A stretch of 64,000 nt of DNA. It comes from an uncultured Armatimonadia bacterium (GTDB lineage: Bacteria > Armatimonadota > Zipacnadia > CAVVLO01). The stretch is from positions 192,612-256,611 of the forward strand of contig CAVVLO010000003.1 in NCBI GenBank assembly GCA_963749155.1. Direction: 5' to 3'. The position numbers were made by a program, and so were the translations under genes. The notes beneath the pieces are model-generated. The model ran no database searches. It had not been told where the DNA came from and worked only from the letters and a program-made list of their open reading frames with translations. Positions 17,650 through 26,691 of this stretch are shown piece by piece (the stretch's first letter is position 1; each line of letters opens with the position of its first letter).

Positions 17650-18504
17650 ATGGACCACCTTTGGCTTGCTTTCGGGCTGACACTCGGGGCGGGGATGGCC
17701 ACTGGTATCGGCAGCATAATCGCCTTTACTGCCAAACGCACCGATTTTCGGTTGCTGTCGATTGCTACGGGATTCTCGGCCGGCGTAATGTTGTATGTCT
17801 CCTTCGTCGAGATACTGGCAAAGGGGATGGACGAGCTTGTCGATGCCTATGGCCAGGATATGGCTCTCTGGGCCAATGCAGGTTCTTTCTTCGCGGGAAT
17901 ACTGCTGATTGCGCTGATAGACAGGCTGGTGCCGTCTTTTGAGAATCCGCATGAGCCGCCCACCGAACAGGTAAATCTCATCCTCCAGGACACTCAGGCG
18001 CCCAGCTTGAAAAACCAGGGCCTGGACACTGCCAAGCTTCAGCGGATGGGCCTTTTTACGGCGCTGGCGATCACAATCCACAACTTTCCCGAAGGGATGG
18101 CAACCTTCCTTGCGGCTTTGAAAGACCCAAGCGCCGGCATCGCAATCGCCATCGCACTGGCCTTGCATAACATCCCCGAAGGCATCAGCGTGTCAGTGCC
18201 GATATTTTTCGCCACTGGTAAAAAACGTTCAGCGTTTGTCTATTCAGTACTCAGCGGGCTGGCTGAGCCTGTTGGCGCAGGGGTAGGCTACCTGGCTATC
18301 CGCCTGGCTTTCGGCGGCGAGTCGGGATTAATCCCTCCCCAGGTTATGGGCCTGCTGTTTGGCGCTGTAGCGGGCATAATGGTCTATATCAGCCTGGATG
18401 AGTTGCTGCCAACAAGTCGGGCTTATGGCAAAGAACATGACAGCCTTATCGGGCTGGTGCTTGGGATGGCCCTGATGGCGCTCAGCCTGATACTGATGGC
18501 CTAA
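17650..18504 (+). CDS. zupT: ZIP-family zinc/divalent-metal transporter ZupT
   Basis: AAGGAG RBS, 12 nt after the desulforedoxin stop. Multi-TM protein with [20 protein letters not shown] and LALHNIPEG (paired HNxPEG motifs). Confidence 0.85.
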   Translation: MDHLWLAFGLTLGAGMATGIGSIIAFTAKRTDFRLLSIATGFSAGVMLYVSFVEILAKGMDELVDAYGQDMALWANAGSFFAGILLIALIDRLVPSFENPHEPPTEQVNLILQDTQAPSLKNQGLDTAKLQRMGLFTALAITIHNFPEGMATFLAALKDPSAGIAIAIALALHNIPEGISVSVPIFFATGKKRSAFVYSVLSGLAEPVGAGVGYLAIRLAFGGESGLIPPQVMGLLFGAVAGIMVYISLDELLPTSRAYGKEHDSLIGLVLGMALMALSLILMA

Positions 18505-18728
18505 TAGACCGTGTCTTCCTTCGGTGTTGCGCGCTCCACAAACAACTGGCCGTTGGGCAGCATATCGTCCGAGGGCGGCGTGCCGTGTTCCAGGCGGTAT
18601 TGCTTGCGTTTACACTCGTTCTGCTTCACGCCCTGGCAGTACAATTTGATGAAGCCTCTGCAGGCCAGGCCTTGCTCATCACAGTGTTTTTTGAAGAATC
18701 CACATTTCGCCAGCAGTTCGCATTCCAT
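18501..18728 (-). CDS. Small Cys-rich protein (75 aa), unknown family; paralog of 33834-34064
   Basis: [68 protein letters not shown]. Its stop overlaps the zupT stop by 4 nt (convergent). Confidence 0.75.
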   Translation of the reverse strand: MECELLAKCGFFKKHCDEQGLACRGFIKLYCQGVKQNECKRKQYRLEHGTPPSDDMLPNGQLFVERATPKEDTVY

Positions 18729-18838
18729 TGTCTACCTGCCTCCGATTACAACCAACACCGGCCGATTTATCGGCTCGAAGCTAGTAATCGGCTTTCCGGA
18801 GGCAAAGCTTTAAGGCAATCGAAAAAAAACTGAAGTTT

Positions 18839-19996
18839 TTACAACGATTTGGCGGCCTGCTGGATACGCTTTATCAGGGCTTTCGTCTCAGCCGCCTTGC
18901 GGTCTGGATGGGTGCCTAGCAACACAGCCCGGTTGAGTATCTCCAGAGATTTTGCGCACATTGTCTTCGTGTACTTCTTGCGGCACTGCTTGTTGGCAGG
19001 CATCAGGTAGGGATTCATCGCGGGGACGTGACCGCCCTGGTGGGCGAAGAGAGGATCCCATTCGGTGTAGATGTGCCTGCCCGTCTGGGCGCAGACGAAG
19101 CCCCCCACCGCGGCCGCGAACTGGCTTGCGGCTTCGGCGCTGGGCAGCAGATAGCCCACATTGGCGCCGACTTCCCATTCGAGGCTGTTGGCTTTTATCG
19201 GCACGAGACCTGTATCAGCGGTCTCTTCCAGAATCCTTTGCTTCTGCTTGCGCATCGCCTTGACCATACCGGGCAGGCGGTCGAGTTGCACGTTCATCAT
19301 CGCGCCCTCAAGCTCGGAGGCGCGCGCCCCGTTGCCGGTAAAGGGCACGAAATCGTCATCTCGGCCTGACCAGTAGAAGCTGCAGCAATCAATCATACAG
19401 CCAGCTCGCTGGATGACCTCCTCATCGTTGGTGACTACAGCGCCCCCTTCGCCGCAGGTCATATTCTTGTAATAGTTGAAGCTGAAAGCGCCCGCGTGGC
19501 CGATTGAGCCGGCCATCCGCCCCTTATAAGCGCCGCCTACACACTGGCAAGCGTCTTCGATTACGAAGAGTTTGTGCTTCTTAGCGACCTTCATAATCGC
19601 ATCCATATCACAGACAAGGCCCCACATATGGACGGGGATGACGGCGCGGGTGCGCGGACCGATGAGGGCTTCGAGAGCCTTCGGGTCGAGAGTAATCGAC
19701 TCATCGATGTCGGCCACAATCGGGATAGCCCCAACTGCCAGGACTGAGACGGCAGAGGCCATATAGGTGCAGGCGGGCACGACGACCTCATCACCTGGGC
19801 CAATCTGCAAGCCAGCCAGAGCAGCGGTCAGCGCCGTGGTGCCGCTCGAGGTCATCCGACAATGCTCCACGCCGAGTTGCCTGGCCCAGCGGTGCTCGAA
19901 CCTGTCACATTCGCCGCCGATGTGATAACGGAAAAGCTCGCCCGAGAGCAGCACGCGAGCGAGGGCATCTACTTCCTGTTGACCAACTTTATACAT
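18839..19996 (-). CDS. DegT/DnrJ/EryC1/StrS-family PLP-dependent sugar aminotransferase
   Basis: ATG at 19996 after GGGAGG (the ORF track begins at the TTG at 20020). MYKVGQQEVDALARVLLSGELFRY, TSSGTTALTAAL, DEVVVPACTY. Confidence 0.8.
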   Translation of the reverse strand: MYKVGQQEVDALARVLLSGELFRYHIGGECDRFEHRWARQLGVEHCRMTSSGTTALTAALAGLQIGPGDEVVVPACTYMASAVSVLAVGAIPIVADIDESITLDPKALEALIGPRTRAVIPVHMWGLVCDMDAIMKVAKKHKLFVIEDACQCVGGAYKGRMAGSIGHAGAFSFNYYKNMTCGEGGAVVTNDEEVIQRAGCMIDCCSFYWSGRDDDFVPFTGNGARASELEGAMMNVQLDRLPGMVKAMRKQKQRILEETADTGLVPIKANSLEWEVGANVGYLLPSAEAASQFAAAVGGFVCAQTGRHIYTEWDPLFAHQGGHVPAMNPYLMPANKQCRKKYTKTMCAKSLEILNRAVLLGTHPDRKAAETKALIKRIQQAAKSL

Positions 19997-20060
19997 TGGG
20001 AACCTCCCTGGACCTGGCAAGTGAGTTGTACTGTTCTATCTAACTGCGGTCATCCCTCGC

Positions 20061-21113
20061 CTAATCGCGCTGGGCATCGACTACAGAACGCAGTTCGTCC
20101 AGCTTCGCAGTCCCCTGGCCCTGGTCAGGCACAAGCCAGCCCCCCTCGTCTACTTCGTTCCAGGCATACCAGAGCACAGTCCGAGAGGGCGCTGCGGCCG
20201 GATTCGCCTTAAGCCAATCGAAGGCAGAGCGCAGATGCGCGCCGAGTTCGCCCGGTTTTGGCTGAAGCGTATCTCCCAGGCCATCGCGAGGGCCTCCCCA
20301 GCCGGCGCTCAGGTTAGGCACTACCCCGCAGCCGGTTGCCTTCAGCGCGTCCCAGTGGTTGCGCTGGGCTGCGCAAAGCCCTGCATAATCCGGCCCGCCC
20401 CAACTGGTGTAGGCGCTGATTGCATCCAGCCCGCCCTCGGTTGCGACTGCCGCGCCGTCTTCAGGCCGCTGCGACAGGACGACCAGATAGGGATCGAGTA
20501 ATCCTGCTTTTATAATCCGCTGCCGCAAAGCGTCCAGCCAGAGGCGACCTGTCTGGGTCCAGCCGAAGAAAGAGACCTTCGGGTCGCCACTGAGTCTTTC
20601 ACCAGGATTCCAGAACATCAGATAGAGTAGTGGCCGGCCGCCGGCTACCGTCTGATAGTTGGGCCTCAACATCATCCCGACCACTTCATCGATGCGTTCA
20701 TCCTGCGGGTCGCGCGGGTCAACGCCGTTCATATATTCGCTGCCGGGACTCAGGATAAGGCAGAAATTGAGGTCGTTGCTGTGACTGCTGGAGAGGAACA
20801 GCCTGCGAGCGCGGTTCATATCGTCGTGGCGGAAGCCGTCATCGCGGACATTTGGATAGTAATAGAGGAAGGCCCAATAATCGAGCCCGCCAGCCTTCGC
20901 GTAGGCGATCTCCTGGTCCACAGCTTCCTGGGTGTCGCCCCATACCTGGGGCTTGCCATCTGGGCCGAAGGTGGTGAAGAAAGGCAGACCGGCCGCTGTA
21001 CTGCGGCGCAGCCAGGGCTTCAATATAAGGATTGAAGTCGGACTTGAACCAGGCATCCCAGCGGATTGCCCCCTGCGTGAGGGGTTCAGGCTCGGTGGGA
21101 GAGGTCTCTTCAA
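20061..21113 (-). CDS. C-terminal glycosidase-like domain (fragment 2 of 2 of a ~1060-aa secreted enzyme)
   Basis: True sequence begins about ...LPFFTTFGPDGKPQVWGDTQEAVDQEIAYAKAGGLDYWAFLYYYP. It continues the upstream fragment (...AIRWDAWFKSDFNPYIEALAAPQYSGR) after a +1 shift near 20985-20995. Confidence 0.7.
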   Translation of the reverse strand: MKRPLPPSLNPSRRGQSAGMPGSSPTSILILKPWLRRSTAAGLPFFTTFGPDGKPQVWGDTQEAVDQEIAYAKAGGLDYWAFLYYYPNVRDDGFRHDDMNRARRLFLSSSHSNDLNFCLILSPGSEYMNGVDPRDPQDERIDEVVGMMLRPNYQTVAGGRPLLYLMFWNPGERLSGDPKVSFFGWTQTGRLWLDALRQRIIKAGLLDPYLVVLSQRPEDGAAVATEGGLDAISAYTSWGGPDYAGLCAAQRNHWDALKATGCGVVPNLSAGWGGPRDGLGDTLQPKPGELGAHLRSAFDWLKANPAAAPSRTVLWYAWNEVDEGGWLVPDQGQGTAKLDELRSVVDAQRD

Positions 21114-23244
21114 GCGACTTGCTCAAAACGCCGACCTCGACCAGGCGCATACCTCCTCCCTCGTTGGGGCCGAAATCGAAGCGCAACCGGGTAGCAAGCG
21201 TCGGCGCAAACTTGAATCGAAGGCGAGGCCCTGCCTGCGTCATCTGGGCCTCCAGGTCACGGTATTCCCCTGAGTCCTGGCGCACGGACAAGACTACATT
21301 TGAGGGCAACCGTGAGGCGGGTATCTGCTCTGAAGCGCTGCCAGCGAACAACTCAATAAAAGCTGCGGAAATCTGCTGCTGCCTCGGCAAGACAAGCTCT
21401 ACACGTTCGCTTTGAGGCTCATCGGAGAAGGTAATCCCCTCGAAAAGGCTGCCATCTACCAGATTGACGGGGTCATTGGGGCGGCCTGAGATCACAACAT
21501 TCTGCTCGGCCAGCTTGCCTTCGACCTCGGCCTTGCCCCCTCGGGTCACATCGGCCAGGTTATTAGACCGCTCATAGACCCGGGTGAAAGCCTCCAGCAG
21601 TTCTGGACCGCCTTCGGCTGCCATCAGGGAGGCGTAGAAATCTCCCGGCGGGGTTGCGCGCGGAATCCGCGCCCCCGTTTCATCCACGAAATAGCGATGG
21701 GGACAGATGAGCCTGGTTCCGAGCTTGTTAAGCTGCTCAATCGCCCTGTGAGGCAGGACCTGCTCAAGCACGAAGAGAGGCGAATCCGAAGGCAGAGTTG
21801 CCAGTTCATCGGTCAAGACTGGCTCCAGGTCGCGCGCTGGCAAGGCATCACAGATATGGAAATAGGCTTCCATAAAATTGGTGCGAGTGAGGGAATATTC
21901 TAAGGTCTCCTCGGGCAGATAGACGTGGATGCGCCCCGGGACATAGGCCTGCGCCCTGTTGGCTGGATTGGCCAGGTGTTGGTAGAGCTGTCCAAAGGCT
22001 TCGGCGTTCTCTTTGCGAAGGGTGCCATCCATCTTGAAAAGGCCGAACTTGTCCTCCTTCCCCACCCAGGCGAGGACGCCCGCGATAGGGCCGCCTGCTT
22101 CGGCGATGGCCTCGAAAGCCTCGGGCTGGACGGCGCTGACTTCCGCCACCAGATAGCGCTTGCCTACCGAATGAGCCAGCTTGGCCAGCGTGCGATAGTA
22201 GAAGGCATACTGGTCGGGGGGCGCGTAGGTGTCGGCAGTGAGGAAGTCACTGGTCAGCGCATGAGTGCGGATAGAGGCGTTCGTCTTAACTGGCTTGACG
22301 CTGCGGGTATCGAGCCAGCCGGACAGCTCTCCGCAGATACACCCGCCCGCCCAGACGGCGCCAGGAGAGGCCAGTTTGAGTTGGCGGGCCATCTCCGCCA
22401 GGGCTTCGCGCTGCATCAGGTCGATTGAATGACGAAGGTCGAAGGTCCGCCGCGAGGCGAAGGCCTCGCTCGGTATGCCGACGCCTGGCTGATACAGGAC
22501 AGGGGGAGATATTTCTTCAAAGGACGCATAATTGCTTGCCCAGTTTGAATTGAGCAGCGCCAGGTCTTGCTCGTACAGGCGCCCCAGAGCCGCGCGCCAG
22601 GCGGCTGGGAAGAGCGTACTGCGCTCGTGGCCGCCGGTATTCCAGTACCAGTCCTCGAACCAACCATAAATCACGTTGCCGCCATATTTCGCCTGGACAT
22701 GTTCGGCTACTATCCGGGTCAGCCAGAGAGTCTTCTCGACTTCCTCTGGGATATGCAGGCGCATCCAGGACTTGGTCTGCCACTCCCTGCCGTCTTCGGC
22801 AGCGGGGCTGATATAGGGGGTAATGCCGTGCTGCGCAAGCTGGTCGAGGACAGCATCCAGTGAACGCCAGTCGAGTCCTGCCGCCGCGGTTTCGGCATCC
22901 CATACCTGGCCGGGCTTAAACAGTTCAAATAAAACTGGCGACACCCCGATTTCCGCAGGATAGAGAGGGAATCGTATGGTGTTGACGCCGAGAGTTTTGA
23001 GATACTCAATCTCTTCAGCTTTGAGCGGCCAGTATTTCGCCTCCAGCTCGGGCGGGCCGACATTGTACTGATTTACCCCGAAGATTAGCTCTGGGACCGG
23101 TGGAAACTGGTCTTGGGCCTTCGCCTGCTGGGGGAAGGCCAATACCAGAAGGACTAGCCAGCCGATTACCATAAACACGCCCGGCAAGGCCGAGAGCGCC
23201 AGTTCTCCAAAAGGCCCCATTACCAGCCTCCTGTGACTTTTCAA
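20839..23244 (-). CDS. Secreted clan GH-A-like TIM-barrel enzyme with a discoidin-like middle domain (fragment 1 of 2)
   Basis: Signal/TM segment GVFMVIGWLVLLVLAFPQQAKA. LKTLGVNTIRFPLYPAE. The last ~45 residues of the listed ORF read as out-of-frame. Confidence 0.75.
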   Translation of the reverse strand: MKSHRRLVMGPFGELALSALPGVFMVIGWLVLLVLAFPQQAKAQDQFPPVPELIFGVNQYNVGPPELEAKYWPLKAEEIEYLKTLGVNTIRFPLYPAEIGVSPVLFELFKPGQVWDAETAAAGLDWRSLDAVLDQLAQHGITPYISPAAEDGREWQTKSWMRLHIPEEVEKTLWLTRIVAEHVQAKYGGNVIYGWFEDWYWNTGGHERSTLFPAAWRAALGRLYEQDLALLNSNWASNYASFEEISPPVLYQPGVGIPSEAFASRRTFDLRHSIDLMQREALAEMARQLKLASPGAVWAGGCICGELSGWLDTRSVKPVKTNASIRTHALTSDFLTADTYAPPDQYAFYYRTLAKLAHSVGKRYLVAEVSAVQPEAFEAIAEAGGPIAGVLAWVGKEDKFGLFKMDGTLRKENAEAFGQLYQHLANPANRAQAYVPGRIHVYLPEETLEYSLTRTNFMEAYFHICDALPARDLEPVLTDELATLPSDSPLFVLEQVLPHRAIEQLNKLGTRLICPHRYFVDETGARIPRATPPGDFYASLMAAEGGPELLEAFTRVYERSNNLADVTRGGKAEVEGKLAEQNVVISGRPNDPVNLVDGSLFEGITFSDEPQSERVELVLPRQQQISAAFIELFAGSASEQIPASRLPSNVVLSVRQDSGEYRDLEAQMTQAGPRLRFKFAPTLATRLRFDFGPNEGGGMRLVEVGVLSKSLEETSPTEPEPLTQGAIRWDAWFKSDFNPYIEALAAPQYSGRSAFLHHLRPRWQAPGMGRHPGSCGPGDRLREGWRARLLGLPLLLSKCPR

Positions 23245-23801
23245 AGTGGTTCCAACTCCTGCAAGTGCTCAATTGCCTCAAGACTGCCCAGGACAACGAG
23301 CCGGTCTCCGGCCTGGAGTCTCTCGGTGGGCGGCGGAGCAGTAAGCTGACTGGCGCCTCGGCGGATCCCAACTACAGTCACGTTGTGCCTCTGGCGGAAA
23401 GCAAGCTCGGCCAGGGTGCGCCCAATCAAGTCAGAGCTCTCTCCCAGGCCGATTTCTACCATATCGAAGCGATCTACAGTCTCATGTGACTCGGCCGCGT
23501 AAGGCTGGTTGAGCAGAACCTCGGCTTTGCGCAGTTCTTCGGCCTCTCCGAGTAATACTACGCGATCGCCTGGCAGCAGGCGGAAGTCTGGTGAGGGGTC
23601 GAAGACTACGCTGCCCGCCTCTGCTGACGGCAAGCACCGAAGCCTGGGTGGAGCTTCTGAGGGCGAGTTCTCTAAGCGCCAGCCCCGCGGTAAGCGTGCC
23701 TGTCTGCAAACGGACTTCCTTGAAGGCGACTGGCCAGTTGCGAGTCGTGGGTAAAAGCGCCATCGCATGGGTAAGCGCATCAGCGGCCTGCTCTGCGGCA
23801 T
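23241..23801 (-). CDS. TrkA-C (RCK C-terminal) domains of the Kef-type antiporter (fragment 2 of 2)
   Basis: ...SVVFDPSPDFRLLPGDRVVLLGEAEELRKAEVLL and ...VVGIRRGASQLTAPPPTERLQAGDRLVVLGSLEAIEHL are two TrkA-C-like repeats. They join fragment 1 after a +1 shift near 23611-23620. Confidence 0.75.
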   Translation of the reverse strand: MPQSRPLMRLPMRWRFYPRLATGQSPSRKSVCRQARLPRGWRLENSPSEAPPRLRCLPSAEAGSVVFDPSPDFRLLPGDRVVLLGEAEELRKAEVLLNQPYAAESHETVDRFDMVEIGLGESSDLIGRTLAELAFRQRHNVTVVGIRRGASQLTAPPPTERLQAGDRLVVLGSLEAIEHLQELEPL

Positions 23802-25407
23802 CGGCAGAAGGCCTTAGCACGACGGCAGCCCCTGCCTGCCGTAGAATCTCGGCGTCGGCCTCGGTAGCCGCCGTGACGGCAATCTGTCCAGCGAAGGCGC
23901 GCTGGCGAAGCTGCCTGATCAGGGCGAGGCTGAAATCCACCGAGCGGATTGTGCTGACAATCCAGCCGGGAGTCTGGAAGGGGAGTTCTGTCAGCAGTTC
24001 TGGATCGGTCATATCGCCGTAATGAACTGGCAAGTCTTTGGCGCGCCACTTGGCCAGGGCAGCAGGATCGAAGTCCAGCCCAAGCACGGTGAACCCGCGG
24101 CTGAGGAGATACTCGGCCAGGGCGCTGCCGTAGTTGCCCAGGCCCACAAGCAGGACATCCTTACGGGAATCGGAGTCCCTGGAATTAGCCAGGGCTTCGC
24201 GATAAGGCCGGCGTCCCTCAAAGAGGCGAAAAGCCTTCCCCACGCGTTCATAGATAGGCCCTGAGTAGAGTATCAGGTAAGCCGACACAAAAATCGTGAT
24301 GACGCCAACGAGGGTAAGCAGGCCGGCGGTCTCTTCCGAGAGGTGCCCGAGACTCAGGCCGAAGGCCGCGAGGATGAGCGAGAATTCACTTATCTGGGCG
24401 ATCGTGAGGCCAGTCAGGAAACTGGTGCGGCGGCGATAGCCTAGCAGTCCCATCAGCGCCATCACAAGCACTGGTTTGACCAGCAGGACAAAAGCCGAAA
24501 ATAGCGCGGCGGCGCCAAGCTGGGAACTAACAAGCGACCAGTCGAGGCGAGCGCCCAGGTCCACAAAAAAGAAAAGCAGCAGGAAATCTCTGAGCGTCGC
24601 AAGCCGTACGCTGATTGCATCCCGGTATTCACTGGAAGCCAGAGCCAGCCCGGCGGCAAAGGCGCCAACCTCTTTGCTGAAGCCGAGACTCTCGCCCAAG
24701 GCTGCCAGAGACACCGCCCAGGCGATTGCCGCAAGGGCAAGCAGCTCCTGACTCGTCGCAACTTTGTGCAGCAGGAAAGGGAAAACGAATTTTACAAACA
24801 GGTAGATACCCAGGAAGAAACCAGTGCCCTTAGCGAGCAGCAGGAGTCCAGTACTGGCAAAGCCGCCCGCCTCTCCTGTTGCCGACCCCAATGCCGAGAG
24901 CACCGTCAGCGCAAGCAGCGCGGCGATGTCCTGCACAATCAATATGCCTACGGCAAGTTGCCCATGCAGGGAGTCTATCTCTTTCTTGTCCGAAAGCAGT
25001 TTGACGATGATGATGGTGCTCGAGAAAGCCAGAGCGACCGCAACATAGGTCGCGGTGAGAGGGGCCATCCCAAGCGCCAGTGCCAGCCCCAGTCCAAGCA
25101 GTATGGTGAAGAACAACTGTCCGAGGCCTGTGAGGAGGGCAGCGGGGCCAATGGTCCTGACCAGGTTGAGATCGAGCCTCAGTCCCACTATGAAGAGCAG
25201 CAGCGAGATGCCAACCTGCGCAAGTAGTTCAAGCTGGTCATGATTATGTATCAGGCTGAACCCAGAAGGGCCAGCGACAACGCCGGTCACCAGCAACATA
25301 ATGACCAAAGGCTGACGAAGCCGCTGGGCCAGAAGACCCAGTATAGCTGCGAGGCCCAGGATGGCCGCAAATTCTAGAAACGGATTGTCGGTTGTCATTC
25401 CGGGCAA
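23482..25407 (-). CDS. Kef-type monovalent cation:proton antiporter (CPA2) with a TrkA-N domain (fragment 1 of 2)
   Basis: About 12 TM segments, then VLLVGLGNYGSALAEYLLSRGFTVLGLDFDP (Rossmann GxGxxG). The C-terminal ~45 residues of the listed ORF are Arg/Ser-rich out-of-frame read-through. Confidence 0.8.
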   Translation of the reverse strand: MPGMTTDNPFLEFAAILGLAAILGLLAQRLRQPLVIMLLVTGVVAGPSGFSLIHNHDQLELLAQVGISLLLFIVGLRLDLNLVRTIGPAALLTGLGQLFFTILLGLGLALALGMAPLTATYVAVALAFSSTIIIVKLLSDKKEIDSLHGQLAVGILIVQDIAALLALTVLSALGSATGEAGGFASTGLLLLAKGTGFFLGIYLFVKFVFPFLLHKVATSQELLALAAIAWAVSLAALGESLGFSKEVGAFAAGLALASSEYRDAISVRLATLRDFLLLFFFVDLGARLDWSLVSSQLGAAALFSAFVLLVKPVLVMALMGLLGYRRRTSFLTGLTIAQISEFSLILAAFGLSLGHLSEETAGLLTLVGVITIFVSAYLILYSGPIYERVGKAFRLFEGRRPYREALANSRDSDSRKDVLLVGLGNYGSALAEYLLSRGFTVLGLDFDPAALAKWRAKDLPVHYGDMTDPELLTELPFQTPGWIVSTIRSVDFSLALIRQLRQRAFAGQIAVTAATEADAEILRQAGAAVVLRPSADAAEQAADALTHAMALLPTTRNWPVAFKEVRLQTGTLTAGLALRELALRSSTQASVLAVSRGGQRSLRPLTRLPPAARRSRSITRRGRRTAQSRGSAQPALRGRVT

Positions 25408-25482
25408 GCTCCAGTGACAGCTAGAAACGAAGGCGAGTTGGCTGCGCCCTGACAGGCTTTTCTCTTCTGGCAGTAAAAAGCC

Positions 25483-25528
25483 TGCAAAAGAAACCGGGGC
25501 GTCTCATTGGGGGGAACGAGACGCCCCG
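25483..25528 (-). terminator. Intrinsic terminator-like hairpin downstream of the 25741-26691 gene
   Basis: On the minus strand: CGGGGCGTCTC, a 12-nt loop, GAGACGCCCCG (plus-strand 25495-25528), followed by GTTTCTTTTGC. A second 9-bp-stem hairpin lies at 25453-25484. Confidence 0.5.
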
Positions 25529-25740
25529 TTTGGGGGGGTAGAACATGTACGGAAATAGACAAACCAGTGGGTCAGAAGTTGCGGGTACAGATAGATTTTC
25601 GAAAGAAAATCTGGCTGCAGATTTGCCAGATACGAATCCACTCTGGATTCCCCTTTGACCTTGCCAATAACGACGCGCCCCGGACTGGGCAAGTCCGAAG
25701 CGCGCCGTAGCCCTGGCAGAGACTTGATTACCGTAAAGGC

Positions 25741-26691
25741 TTAGTCGCTGCCCAGTTTGACCTGGTCCTCTCCGTAGAAATCGAGATAATCGAGCCATAA
25801 GGTATATTCTTTTGGCCAGACTACCTGGGAGAGGTCAGACTTAACGAAATCCTGGACTTCCGACCGGTCATAACTAAGCTCCATTGCGCCAATAAGGGCA
25901 GCACCTCCGAGGAATTTCGCATCGGTTGGAGCTATCACCCCGTTGAGCTTCAGTTCTTTCCAGTTGGAGCGCCAGGTTTCAGGGATGCCATCCACACGTA
26001 CTTTGATTGACTTTCCGCTGCTGGCAGTAAAAAGGGTATCAGGCGTAACCTTCATATGCACTCGAGCCGAGTAGTTAACCTCGGCGGCAAAGCACATTGC
26101 GCCAGGATTCAGATCGCCTACCCCAACATAAGTCCAGCGCCCGTTGGCTGTGCGGTAAGCTATCCAGTTGACGACGTAGATATCGAGTATGTTGGTATCG
26201 CTCACCAGTTCTTTGTCTGTTAGCTTGTATTCTTTGGATTTGCTCCAGAAGTGCTGTCCGGTTTCCCGAGCGCCCTTCACCCAAAGCCAGTCCAGGGGAT
26301 TGCCGTCCTCGATATCCTGCCCGAGTTCGGAGCCAAGCAGCTTGCCGTTCAGGTACACGATGTAGCCGTTATCGGCATTGATCCTGAGAGTGCCGGTGAG
26401 CTTGCCGGAACAAGGCGGCACATTAAGGAACTGGCGGAAGTGCAGCGGGCCGAAGTCCTTCAAGCCAGGCTCGCCATCATAAGACCAGATCCACTCGGCC
26501 TTCGAATCGGCCTGCATATCTACAGGCCAGGCAGGATGAGGTTTGACTGGAGTGGAATACGACCAGTCTCTCTCATTATTGGTCCAGATGGTGCGATTGT
26601 TGCTGACAACCTCAAGGGTAGCGGCTGGCACAAGCGAAGCAAGACAAAAGGCGAGAATCAAAATCTGAATTACGAACACATAAGCTTTCAT
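25741..26691 (-). CDS. Secreted protein with a jelly-roll (galactose-binding-like) domain, unknown function
   Basis: ATG at 26691 after GGAGGAG. Signal peptide MKAYVFVIQILILAFCLASLVPA. AEWIWSYDG ... LTGTLRINADNGYIVYLNGKLLG resembles sugar-binding beta-sandwich domains. Visibly more AT-rich than its neighbours. Confidence 0.7.
   Translation of the reverse strand: MKAYVFVIQILILAFCLASLVPAATLEVVSNNRTIWTNNERDWSYSTPVKPHPAWPVDMQADSKAEWIWSYDGEPGLKDFGPLHFRQFLNVPPCSGKLTGTLRINADNGYIVYLNGKLLGSELGQDIEDGNPLDWLWVKGARETGQHFWSKSKEYKLTDKELVSDTNILDIYVVNWIAYRTANGRWTYVGVGDLNPGAMCFAAEVNYSARVHMKVTPDTLFTASSGKSIKVRVDGIPETWRSNWKELKLNGVIAPTDAKFLGGAALIGAMELSYDRSEVQDFVKSDLSQVVWPKEYTLWLDYLDFYGEDQVKLGSD

Noticed and set aside
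18729-18838. Shared GCCGATAAA 9-mer upstream of both Cys-rich paralogs as a common operator
   Set aside because: The distances to the start codons differ (about 37 versus 60 nt) and no surrounding similarity or symmetry is shared. A single 9-mer match in two ~100-nt regions is weak evidence.
25593-25612. AGATTTTC-GAAA-GAAAATCT stem-loop (GNRA-type tetraloop) as a candidate small RNA motif
   Set aside because: It is an isolated AT-rich 8-bp stem inside a 3' UTR. It has no flanking conserved structure that I can see and nothing to distinguish it from chance.
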